From Acidobacteriota bacterium (GTDB lineage Bacteria > Acidobacteriota > Vicinamibacteria > Vicinamibacterales > UBA823): DNA of 64,000 bases. Location of the stretch: positions 138,580-202,579 of the forward strand of contig PCAK01000032.1 in the NCBI GenBank assembly GCA_002730525.1, read 5' to 3'. Positions within the stretch are counted from its first letter, which is position 1, and every line of letters starts with the position of its first letter. The notes under the pieces are model-generated. The model made no database searches. It was given only the letters and a program-made list of their open reading frames with translations, and was not told the DNA's origin. Below, piece by piece: positions 17,917 through 28,772 of this stretch. Both the position numbers and the translations under genes were made by a program.

Positions 17917-20097
17917 ATGGTCGCCCAACCGCATGGAGACGCGCCGCGCGACGGCTTGCCCCGCCCTTCGCTCCATGCAATGGCGGACAGGATGTCGGCC
18001 TGGTTCGCGCGGTCCTGGTCCGGACGCGCCGTCTCCGTCGCCATTCTCATCAAGGTCTTCGTCCTGGTCGTCGCGCCGACGGTCCCGCTCCTCGGGCTCG
18101 CCGACCTGGTCGCGACACTCGTCCTGCTGGTCGCGGGGCTGGTCGGCCTGGCCAGGTTGCTGGCCGAAGTGCGGCGACGCTTTCTCTGGCGAGTCCGCCG
18201 GAAGCTGATCGTCTCGTACCTCTTCATCGGATTCGTCCCGGTGCTGCTGGTGATGGCGTTCTTCGTCCTGGCCGGCGTGCTGATGTTCCTCAACGTCAGT
18301 TCGTTCCTCGTCCGCACCGGGTTCGATGATCTCGTCGAGGAGGCGGCGCTGCTGGCCGATTCCTCGGCGGGCGAGCTGGTCCGTGGTGCGGGCGTGTCGG
18401 ACGCGCCGTCGGTGCTGGCCGGCAAGCGGGCGGCGATGCTCGCGCGGCACCCGGACCTGTCCCTGGCCATTGTCACGCGCGCCGGTGGAGCGCAGACGGC
18501 GATGACTGGCCCGTGGCGTCACCTGCAGCCGCCGCGTCAGTTGCCGGCGTGGATCGACCCGAATGGGTTCGGCGGTCTCGTGGCCTACTCGACGCCTGAC
18601 GAAGCCAGCACCGAACTCGTGGCGCGGGCGGTCAGCTTTCAACCGGAGGATGCCGACTATGCGGTGGTCGTGGACATTCCGATCACCGGACTCACGCGCG
18701 AACGGATCGGCGCGGCGACGGGCATCGTCCTGGGGCGCGCGGCGCTCGTCACCAACGAAGGCGAGGTCGTGGCGCCGGTGGGCCGAGGGAGCGCTCCGGT
18801 CGAACCGCCGGGACCCGAGGTGGTGGGCGACGCAGCGGCCGGGTCATCGACGGAGGCCCCGGCGGTCCTCGAAGGCTATACGCTCGACTGGGTCACCTTC
18901 GTCGACTACACCGACTGGGCGAGCGGCCGGAGCGGCCAGGTCACGACGGCGATCGAGGTCGGGCTTGGCGACTTCTATCGACGCATCACCGGCGCCCAGG
19001 CCAGCCTGGGCACCGTCAACCTCGGGTCGATCTTCGTCCTCGTGCTGACGGTCATCGGCGCGCTCTTCCTGATCATCGAGGGCACCGCGTTCGTGATGGG
19101 GCTTGCGCTGGCGAAATCGATCACCGGGTCGGTCCACGAGCTGTTCACCGGCACCGAACGGGTGCGTGCGGGCGATCTGAAGCATCGCATTCAGGTGCGA
19201 ACGCGGGACCAGCTGGGTCAGCTGGCCGAGTCGTTCAATTCGATGGCGGGCAGCATCGAGCAACTCCTGAAGCAGGCGGCCGAGAAGAAGCGGCTCGAGG
19301 AGGAACTTCGAATCGCCCGCGACATTCAGATGTCGCTGCTGCCGTCGGGCTCGGTGGATATGCCGGGGGTGAACCTCACGGCCATGTGCGTTCCGGCGCG
19401 AGAGGTCGGTGGAGACTACTACGACTTCTTCCGGCTCGGACCGGACCGGTTGGGGATCCTGATTGCCGATGTGTCGGGCAAGGGCACGTCCGCGGCGTTC
19501 TACATGGCCGAACTCAAGGGCCTCGTGCTCTCGCTCAGCCAGGTCTACGACTCGCCGAAACAGCTCCTGATCGAGGTCAATCGGCTCATCTCCGACAACC
19601 TCGACACGCGCAGTTTCATCACGATGACCTACGCCGTGCTCGACATGGCCGCCGGCGATCTGACCCACGCGCGCGCCGGGCACACGCCGCTCATCTACCT
19701 GCCGGGCGGGGAGCCGACGCCCAGGGCGCAGGTGCTGGCACCGGACGGACTGGTGCTGGGCCTGCGTTTCGACGGAATTGCCGAGAAATTCGAGCAATTG
19801 CTCGAGGAACATACCCTACCGGTCGCGCCGGGTGACGTCATAGCCCTGTACACCGACGGGGTCAGCGAGGCGATGAATCCGGAGTCCGACTTCTTCGGGG
19901 AATCCCGGCTGAGCCAGGTGATCGAACAGCATGGCCACATGTCGTCTGAAGACCTCAAGCACCAGGTGCTGAATGAGGTGGAATCGTTCGTCGCCGGCGC
20001 GGAGCAGCACGACGACATGACGATGATTCTGGTCAAGGTCGGCTCGACGGCCGAGGCATCGGTCGAGGTTGGGCCGGTGGCGATGGCGCGCTCGTGA
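17917..20097 (+). CDS. membrane sensor PP2C-type phosphatase (HAMP + SpoIIE/RsbU domain)
   Basis: N-terminal TM helices, a periplasmic-like region, a second TM plus HAMP, then SpoIIE-type motifs (GGDYYDF, IADVSGKG, YTDGVSEA, DDMTMILV). The start is uncertain (17842, 17917 or 17980); nt 17880-17916 is AT-rich and looks non-coding. Confidence 0.8.
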   Translation: MVAQPHGDAPRDGLPRPSLHAMADRMSAWFARSWSGRAVSVAILIKVFVLVVAPTVPLLGLADLVATLVLLVAGLVGLARLLAEVRRRFLWRVRRKLIVSYLFIGFVPVLLVMAFFVLAGVLMFLNVSSFLVRTGFDDLVEEAALLADSSAGELVRGAGVSDAPSVLAGKRAAMLARHPDLSLAIVTRAGGAQTAMTGPWRHLQPPRQLPAWIDPNGFGGLVAYSTPDEASTELVARAVSFQPEDADYAVVVDIPITGLTRERIGAATGIVLGRAALVTNEGEVVAPVGRGSAPVEPPGPEVVGDAAAGSSTEAPAVLEGYTLDWVTFVDYTDWASGRSGQVTTAIEVGLGDFYRRITGAQASLGTVNLGSIFVLVLTVIGALFLIIEGTAFVMGLALAKSITGSVHELFTGTERVRAGDLKHRIQVRTRDQLGQLAESFNSMAGSIEQLLKQAAEKKRLEEELRIARDIQMSLLPSGSVDMPGVNLTAMCVPAREVGGDYYDFFRLGPDRLGILIADVSGKGTSAAFYMAELKGLVLSLSQVYDSPKQLLIEVNRLISDNLDTRSFITMTYAVLDMAAGDLTHARAGHTPLIYLPGGEPTPRAQVLAPDGLVLGLRFDGIAEKFEQLLEEHTLPVAPGDVIALYTDGVSEAMNPESDFFGESRLSQVIEQHGHMSSEDLKHQVLNEVESFVAGAEQHDDMTMILVKVGSTAEASVEVGPVAMARS

Positions 20098-21062
20098 CGG
20101 CACCGCCAGACCCATCGCGCGACGATCTGGCCACCGTGCTGGCCACGTTCTCGGACGCCGAGGCCAGCGTCGTGCAGGCCCTGCTCGGGAGCCACGGAGT
20201 ACCCGCGATCATTACGTCCGACAAGCTCGGCGCCTTGGTGACGCTGCGCGGCGACGATCGGCCGACGGTGCGCGTCAGCGTCGCCGAGGCACACGTCGCC
20301 GAGGCGCGGCGGATCATCGAGGCGTCCCGCGGCGCGAGCGATGAGGGCGGTGCGCGCGACGATGCCGGCCTCGAGAGGGCGCTGGACTACCGCTTTCGCG
20401 ACCGCGGTCTGCTCGAGCACGCACTGACGCACCGTTCGCGCGTGCACGAGGATCCGAGCGGCGGGGTGGCCGACAACGAGTCGCTCGAGTTTCTGGGTGA
20501 CGCCGTGCTCGGTTTCGTCGTCGCGGATCTGCTGTTCCGTGAATTTCCCGAGCACGATGAAGGCGGGAAGTCGAAGATGAAGGCATCGCTCGTGTCGGCC
20601 GCGACGCTGGCCGAACGGGGCGGGGCGCTTGGGCTCGGCGACTTTCTGCTGCTGGGGAAGGGCGAGGCGAAGTCCGGAGGCCGCGCGAAGCAGGCATTGC
20701 TGGCCGATGCGTATGAAGCGCTGATCGCCGCCATTTACCTGGACGGCGGCATCGACCCGGCGCGAGCGTTCATCGAACGGCAACTCGCCGGCATGATCGA
20801 CGAGTTTCGGCGGGGCCGCCGGCCCGAGGGGTTGAGCGTCGACCACAAGTCGGCGCTGCAGGAGTGGGCCCAGGCGCACGGCCGGTCCTTGCCGGCCTAT
20901 GGCGTGGTTGGCGAAACGGGACCAGACCACCAGAAGGTCTTCGTGGTGGCGGTTCGCCTCGGGGATGCCGAGGCCGCGCGCGCGGAGGGTCGGAGCAAGA
21001 AGGAGGCGGAGCAGCGGGCCGCAGCCCTCGCGCTCGAGACACTGCGGGTGGCCGGGGCCTGA
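20094..21062 (+). CDS. rnc: ribonuclease III with ~95-aa N-terminal DUF2007-like extension
   Basis: RNase III signature NESLEFLGDAVLG plus a C-terminal dsRBD (KSALQEW...GPDHQKVF...GRSKKEAEQRAA). The GTG start overlaps the phosphatase stop (GTGA). The N-terminal segment keeps coding-type GC3. Confidence 0.85.
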   Translation: MTAPPDPSRDDLATVLATFSDAEASVVQALLGSHGVPAIITSDKLGALVTLRGDDRPTVRVSVAEAHVAEARRIIEASRGASDEGGARDDAGLERALDYRFRDRGLLEHALTHRSRVHEDPSGGVADNESLEFLGDAVLGFVVADLLFREFPEHDEGGKSKMKASLVSAATLAERGGALGLGDFLLLGKGEAKSGGRAKQALLADAYEALIAAIYLDGGIDPARAFIERQLAGMIDEFRRGRRPEGLSVDHKSALQEWAQAHGRSLPAYGVVGETGPDHQKVFVVAVRLGDAEAARAEGRSKKEAEQRAAALALETLRVAGA

Positions 21063-21082
21063 GCGCCGCCGGGGATCGCGGT

Positions 21083-22228
21083 TCAGTCGATCTCGACCAC
21101 GCTCCAGCTGCGGTCGGCGACCGGGTCGCTGGCCGCCGCCAGCGCGGGTTCCACCTCCGGCAGGACGCCGTGGGCGAACCGCTGCACCTCCCGGGCCAGC
21201 TGTTCTTCGTCGAGCGGTTCGGGACGGCAGTGCAGCCGGACCCAGAGGCGCAGCAGCGGGTCCACGAAACCGTACCGCTTCTGTCCCGCCGAAATCAGAT
21301 CGACATCTTCCAGCCAGGAGAGGTAGTCCTTGGTCGAGCCAGGCGTTCGGCGCAGACGCTGCGCGATCTCGGTGAGCGTGAGCGGCTCCTGCTCGGCCAG
21401 CACCTGCAGGATCGCCTTGAGCGCACCGTAGCCCCGAGCGCGATGCAGACGCAGTTCGTAGCAGAAGCGGCAGCGTTCCCAGAGAAGGGCGCCACGCGCC
21501 ATCTGGCCGGCGAGCGCAGCTACGGGATCGTCGCCCACCGATCCGTCCATTCCGCGCATCGCGTCGTCGAGCAGTTGCACGTAGGACGGTCGCCCGTCGG
21601 TCAGTGCGCGCACGGCGCGCGCCAGTTCGGCCCGGCCGAGCGTGTCCCGCGGGGCGTAATCGTCCGAGAGCACCTCGGCGACTTCGGCCGGTGAGAGCGG
21701 CGGCACATGGATGACCTCGTACTCGGGTGAGGCGTCGCGCAGCAGCCGATGGGCCCGGCTCATGTAGCGTGTGCTCAGGACGAAGCGATTGCGGCTGCCT
21801 CGCAGGGCCTGGATGAGGTCGCGCAGCACCATCCGCAGCCCCGGAAAGCTGTCGAACGTCTTGAGTTCGAGGACTTCATCCAGCAGGAACACCGCCGGAT
21901 GTCCGTCCGGGGTCCGGGCCGAATCGAGGAACGCCAGCGCCGCCTGAAACGCGTCCCGTGCCGACACGCCATCTTCGAGGGGACGCGGATGCGCGGCGCT
22001 CGAGAACGGCGAATCGACAGTGATGGCGCGCAGGAAGCCCTCGGGCGTCGTGGTGGCCTGCTCGATATCGATGTACTGGCACCGATCCGAGCCGAGGATC
22101 TGTCTGAGGCGCAACAGGAGCACCGTGCGACCCGTGCCGCACGCGCCGAGGACGAACGGAAGGCGGACCGGGTCTGCTTCGAGTGCCGACAGGACGCGCC
22201 GCTCCACGGCCGAGCGTTCGACCATCAT
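21083..22228 (-). CDS. AAA-type ATPase (archaeal-ATPase/DUF234-like architecture)
   Basis: Walker A GACGTGRTVLL, Walker B VFLLDEV, and a C-terminal winged-helix-like region. The ATG at 22228 is preceded by GAGG; the longest ORF runs to 22303. Confidence 0.65.
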   Translation of the reverse strand: MMVERSAVERRVLSALEADPVRLPFVLGACGTGRTVLLLRLRQILGSDRCQYIDIEQATTTPEGFLRAITVDSPFSSAAHPRPLEDGVSARDAFQAALAFLDSARTPDGHPAVFLLDEVLELKTFDSFPGLRMVLRDLIQALRGSRNRFVLSTRYMSRAHRLLRDASPEYEVIHVPPLSPAEVAEVLSDDYAPRDTLGRAELARAVRALTDGRPSYVQLLDDAMRGMDGSVGDDPVAALAGQMARGALLWERCRFCYELRLHRARGYGALKAILQVLAEQEPLTLTEIAQRLRRTPGSTKDYLSWLEDVDLISAGQKRYGFVDPLLRLWVRLHCRPEPLDEEQLAREVQRFAHGVLPEVEPALAAASDPVADRSWSVVEID

Positions 22229-22501
22229 ACGAGGCCTCGTCTGCCGTGGTGGGGAGCGTGGGTGTTGGTCGTCACGAGTCGAAGAGTCGAATGGTGATGA
22301 CACGTGACGGTCGTCATGATCTCGGGCCGTCCGATGACGCGACGTGCGTCATATTCAACGAGCCGCCCGCCGGACGAATAGAACTTATGGAAACGTGTCG
22401 AATGTTGTCAATGCCAATCGAGAATCTATGATCAAGAATTTCGTGCTTGACTTCTGTCTAAAGCGTGATCTCGACCCGGTTGTGCGGAAACCTTGGGCTA
22501 A

Positions 22502-23917
<1,416 letters not shown>

Positions 23918-23920
23918 TCG

Positions 23921-24645
23921 CTAGGCTTGTTGGAGCGCGGCGCAGAAGCGGTCGATACTCGCCGGGTCGGCGCGCCCGAACGCCAGGCCCGCCCGATACT
24001 GCGCGGTACCTTCCGGGGATTCGAAGTTGGCCCAGACGACGCGCGCCTCGAACTGCAGAGTTTCGGTGTCGCTCGTCAGATCCGCCTGGTACTGGTGGTT
24101 CGGCTTGAGCGCCTGCTGCGAGATTACCTGAGCGCCGGTCTGCGAGAGGTCCACCAGCGTCACCGTACTACCGTCCAGCTTCAGCTCGGCACCGCCTGGA
24201 TCGGGAGGCGGGGCGCGATGCGCGTGCCCTCCGCGTCCAGCGCGGCTTCGCCTAGGTCGGGCGGGGCTTCGTTTGTTGGCGGCGCAGCGTCCGGCGTGTC
24301 GAGTGCGGCCTCTGGCACGGCGGCAGACACCGCGGCGGGTACGGCGACGGGCCGTCGCCGCGGGATGACGCGGGAGTAGTCGCTGTCGTGCTCCAGAACG
24401 CGGATCTCGATATTGGCCAGTGACGCGTCGGCCTTGATCCGGTTGATGAGGGCGGCGCCGCGCGGCGTGACCGCGAAGAATCGTTCGAGGACGATGAGCG
24501 GTGGTCGATGCTGCGTGACCGCGGCGATCGCTTGCAGCGCCTCGCCGTCGGAGAAGTTCAGCACCGAACCGTTGATCCCGGCGCGTGTCGTCAGTGCCGC
24601 CGCGTGTTGCGCGGACGAGACGAGAATCGCCGCCAAGGCGCCCAT
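23921..24645 (-). pseudogene. pseudo-receiver + PilZ domain protein interrupted by a 1-nt frameshift
   Basis: The upstream ORF (24645-24181) has a REC-like fold without the acidic pocket and ends ...EGTRIAPRLPIQAVPS*, which carries the PilZ RxxxR motif. The downstream ORF (24163-23921) begins TLVDLSQTG, which carries DxSxxG. The downstream frame is open upstream, so the two join as ...QAVP/ELKLDGSTVTLVDLSQTG. Confidence 0.7.
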
Positions 24646-24716
24646 TGAGCCAGTGTACCCGGGCCGATGCGGCCAGGCAAAGCGCTCCGTCTTCCGCTGG
24701 CGGTGACCTGGCGGGC

Positions 24717-26013
24717 TCAGCGGCCGCTGGCCGCGGCGACCTCGTCTTCGGTGTAGGCGGAAAAAATGTAGGGGAGTGCCTCGATGTGGGCCGCGACGGC
24801 GCCCAGGTCGAAGCCCAAGTCGCTCAAGCGATCGCGATCGATGAAGATCTGATTGTCGGCCGCGTCGCCATAGAAGAAGACCACGCGCCGCTCGTCGGGA
24901 TCGAATCGGTCGTGCACCCCGTCGACGATCTCCGTGATGTAGCGACGGTCGGTCGCCGGTGGGTCAGGCTCCGCCGGCGTGCCGTGGTCGGAGACGATGA
25001 CGACCACGATCTCCTCGGGTCCGGCCGCCGTCTCGAGCGCCCGGACGATCCGGCCGAGCTCCGCATCCAACGCGCGCAGCGCGCTGCCGAGTTCCTCGGA
25101 GTCCGGTCCCCAGCGATGGCCGACGTAATCGAGCGTCTTGAAGTTCACGAGCACCAGGTCGGGCGTCGATCATCGCGATCAACGCGTCTGTCTGAAACGT
25201 GGCGAACCAGCCGGTCCGCAGGAGGGTGCGGCCGTCGCTGACCTCGTGGCCGAGCCAGGTCTCTCCGTCGCGCCAGACGCGGTCCGCCGTGTCGCTCGCG
25301 ACGTAGGCGGGGAGGCGATAGCAGGTGTCGTTCGTCACCCAGGCGCCGCTGCCAGCGTCGAACATCGCCATGACGACCGGTTCGGCGCTGATGAGGCAGC
25401 CACCGTGCCCCGCCATCGGAACCGTCGCGCGCGGCGTTGTTCCTTGCGCGATGATGACGGCCTCACCGCGCGTCCGCAGGTTCCAGAGATCGGCGATCGT
25501 CAGAGCCGCCAGGTTCGCCGGTGCGGTTCCGGGAAACGGGCCGCTCGGTCGGCCGGTGCGCCGGTCGAACATCGTGTTGGCCACGATGCCGTGGAGGCGC
25601 GGCTCGGCCCCCGTGGCGATCGACGCGTGGCCCACGCTGGTGAGCGAGGGCAGATAGTCGATGGCCGCCTGCTCGAACCAGGCGCCGGCGGTGCGGAGTC
25701 GAGCGAACGTCGGCAGGTCGGCGGCGTGGTGTTCGAAGAAGTCGCGCCGGGCGCCGTCGAGCACGGCCAGGAGCACCACTCGCGGGGGCGTGGCCAGGCC
25801 CGCGACGGCTTCGTCGAGCACCCTACCGCTGCGGCCCGGATAGTAGGCGCGCGCGAACATCTCCAGAAACTGGGCGTCCAGGGCCGCCCGGTCCTCGGCC
25901 GCCGGCAGCGGGTCGGCGGGGCCGGTCTCCTCGGGCGTTGCTGGACTGCAGCCGGCGGTGCCCAGCAGACAGACGATGGCGGCGATGGTGAAGTGGCGAA
26001 AGTCAGGCGGCAT
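24717..26013 (-). pseudogene. type I phosphodiesterase / nucleotide pyrophosphatase (alkaline-phosphatase superfamily) lipoprotein, frameshifted
   Basis: Lipobox LLGTAGC. The N-terminal half (LLAVLDGARRDFF ... PSLTSVGHASIATG ... HGIVAN) is in one frame. The C-terminal half (LVNFKTLDYVGHRWGP ... VSDHG) is in another. The frames join near 25155-25166. Confidence 0.7.
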
Positions 26014-26140
26014 GGGTGTCCCGGGCGACCGGAGTCTATCATCGCCGACCGCGGCCCTACAGCCGGGGAGCGGGCAGCCGATAGCAGATTGTAGAACCCT
26101 CGGTCGGACTGGAATCGGCGTTCCCATCGGGAGATGAACC

Positions 26141-26467
26141 GTGGCCGCAGTCCCGTCGCTCACCGTGCTCGTCTACACCAAGGACAACCAGCCCGTCGCG
26201 CACTGCCTCGAGATGGACTTCATGACGACCGGGTGCTCGCGGGACCGTGTGGTCGCGGATCTGTTCGAGACAATCCGCGACGAGGTGCAGCGGGCCGTGG
26301 CGAAGAACGCGCTCGGCCGCCTGTACCGGCCGGCACCCGAGCAGTACTGGCAGCGGCTCGCCGAAGCCGATCCGTTGGGCGGCAATCAGATTCCCCTCCC
26401 GCCCGCGCCCGCCGCGGCGTTGCATGCCGGTGAGATCGACGTGAAGCAGTTCGCCTGCGCGGACTGA
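26141..26467 (+). CDS. hypothetical protein (N-terminal segment resembles the HicB/UPF0150 fold pattern)
   Basis: GTG start preceded by GGGAGA, and coding-type GC3. LTVLVYTKDNQPVAHCLEMDFMTTGCSRDRVVADLFETIRDEV resembles the HicB-like beta-beta-beta-alpha pattern. No recognisable partner gene is nearby. Confidence 0.4.
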   Translation: MAAVPSLTVLVYTKDNQPVAHCLEMDFMTTGCSRDRVVADLFETIRDEVQRAVAKNALGRLYRPAPEQYWQRLAEADPLGGNQIPLPPAPAAALHAGEIDVKQFACAD

Positions 26468-26596
26468 CTCCTGCCGCGGTCATCGCCCGCTCCCTCCACG
26501 CTCCATTCCAGCGCGCGCGCCGTCGATCTCCCCGCGGATCGACTAGAATGGTGTGTTCAGCGCGTCCCGAAACGATCTCCAGAGTATCGAGCTTTC

Positions 26597-28374
26597 ATGC
26601 GGTTACCCCCCGTCGACGGATCGAGGTCCCCAGCGTCGGGACCCGTTCCGACTGATCTCGGGATCGCTGGACGGTTCGATGCGCGGCAGCTTCGCACCAC
26701 AACGGCCGTGAACCTCCTGGCGATACTGACCGGCCTTGTCGCCGGCTACGGCGCCATCGGGTTCCGGTTCCTCATCGGCTTCTTCCAGAACTCCATCCTC
26801 CACGGACGGCTCGGCTTCGAACTCGTGTCGCCGATCGAGCAGACGCGCGGTCCGTGGATGATCGGGATCCCCGCGGTGGGGTTCCTGGTCGTCGCCTACC
26901 TGGTGCGCACCTTCGCCCGCGAGGCGCGGGGCCACGGCGTGCCCGAGGTGATCGAGGCAGTCATGACCCGCGGTGGCCGGATGCGCAAGCGGGTCGTCTC
27001 GATCAAGGCGCTGGCGTCGAGCCTCACCATCGCGGCCGGCGGGTCGGTCGGTCGGGAGGGCCCGATCGTGCAGATCGGTTCGGCCGCCGGCTCCACGCTC
27101 GGCCAGTGGTTTCAGGTGCGCGGCAAGAATCTGAAGACGCTGGTGGGCTGCGGCGCCGCCGGCGCCGTGGCCGCGACCTTCAACACGCCGATCGCCGGGG
27201 TGGTCTTCGCGATCGAATTGATCGTGCTCGAGTTGAATCCCCGTTCGTTCATTCCGCTCGTGATCTCGTCGGTCTTCGCCACGGTCGTGTCGCGGTGGCA
27301 TCTGGGCAACGAGCGGCCTTCATCGTGCCCGAACACGTCCTGGTCCACCCCGGCGAACTGGTGTTCTACCTGGGGCTGGGTCTGCTGGCCGGGGTCGTGG
27401 GCTGCCTGACGATCTGGTCGCTCTATCGGATGGAGCACCTGTTCGAGGTCGCGCCGCTGCCGTTCGCGCTCAAGCCGATCATCGGTGGGCTGAGCCTGGG
27501 GGCGATCGGCTACTTCATGCCCGAGGTCTACGGCGTGGGGTACGAGACGGTCTCGGCGGTGCTGCAGCAGAATGCGGAGTTCACGACGATTCTGCTCCTG
27601 ATCTTCCTGAAGATCTTCGCCACGAGCCTGACGTTGTCGGCGGGCGGCTCGGGTGGCGTCTTCGCGCCCAGCCTCTTCATCGGGGCTATGCTCGGCGGAG
27701 CCTACGGCTGGATCGTCAACGACTGGTTTCCGGCGATGTCGGCGGGATACGGTGCCTACGCCCTAGTCGGCATGGCGGCCGTCTTCGCGGCGACGAGCCG
27801 GGCAACCTTCACGGCGATCGTCATCCTCTTCGAGATGACCTTGGACTACTCGATCATCCTGCCCCTGATGTTCGTCTGCGTGATCGCCGATCAGGTCGCG
27901 GTGGCGATCTTGAAAGACACGACGATCTATTCAGTGAAGCTGAAGCGCAAGGGGCTGGCGTTCGCGAACGATCTCGGGATCAACGTCTTGTCGGTGACGC
28001 CGATCAAGAATGTCATGAACGACGATGTGGAGGTGCTCCACGTGGACATGACGCTCGCCCAGGCGCACGAGGTGACCGAGCGGCAGGGACACCACGTGTA
28101 TCCGGCCATCGGCGGGAAGGGCGTGCTGGCCGGGGTCGTGCGACCGGCGGAGCTGGCGCGGTCAATCAAGCGCGACGGGTCTGAGGGCCGGGTCGCCGAT
28201 CTCGTCCAGGCAGCGCCCATCGTCGCCCATCCGGACGAAACCGTCATGACCGCGCTCAGGCGGATCGGTGACGAGCCGGATCCGCACGTCGTGGTCGTCG
28301 ACCGGTGGGATCGCAAGCTGCTCGGGATCGTGACGCCGACCGATATGCTGCGACTCAGCTCACGCGAGAGCTGA
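26597..28374 (+). pseudogene. ClC-family chloride channel/antiporter with C-terminal CBS pair, frameshifted
   Basis: GSVGREGPIVQIG and GAVAATFNTPIAG lie in the first frame. GGSGGVFAPSLFIGA and two CBS domains lie in the second frame. The join is near 27310-27316 (...HLGNE / AAFIVPEH...). Confidence 0.75.
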
Positions 28375-28740
28375 GTGCGGATCGGCCGGCGCGGCGTGGG
28401 GGGCGATCACGCGCTGGAGCGTCTCGGCCGTGATCTGGCGGTGCGATCCGTTCCAGACAGCCTCGCCCCCGAGGACGAGAATAGCCTGGGGGCTCCGGTG
28501 CGGCACCCCGAGCCGTGCGGCGGTTTCGTTGGAGACGTCGCGCCCGGTCTGGACCGTGATTAACCGATACCGCACCGAATCCGGAGCGTCCTCGAGGTGC
28601 CGTTGCAGTTCGTCGAGTGCCATGAGGCTGGCGCCGCAGTCGGCCGAGTGCTTGAAGAGTAGCAGCGGGTGCGCGCTCGACTCGGCGAGGGCCGCGTCCA
28701 GGTCGGCGATCGAGTACAGCGGAATCAGTTTCGTGGCCAC
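28360..28740 (-). CDS. ytxJ: YtxJ/BrxC-like monothiol thioredoxin-fold protein (bacillithiol-system type)
   Basis: PLLLFKHSADCGAS motif with a single Cys in the KHS..C..S context, about 126 aa, thioredoxin-like layout. Confidence 0.65.
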   Translation of the reverse strand: MATKLIPLYSIADLDAALAESSAHPLLLFKHSADCGASLMALDELQRHLEDAPDSVRYRLITVQTGRDVSNETAARLGVPHRSPQAILVLGGEAVWNGSHRQITAETLQRVIAPHAAPADPHSALA

Positions 28741-28772
28741 GTCCCGATTCTAGCAGGCCCTGTTCATCATTC

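Noticed and set aside
26141-26467. A HicAB-type toxin-antitoxin pair.
   Set aside because: There is only a pattern-level resemblance of the N-terminus to HicB. No HicA-like small ORF is adjacent on either side, and the C-terminal half has no DNA-binding motif I recognise.
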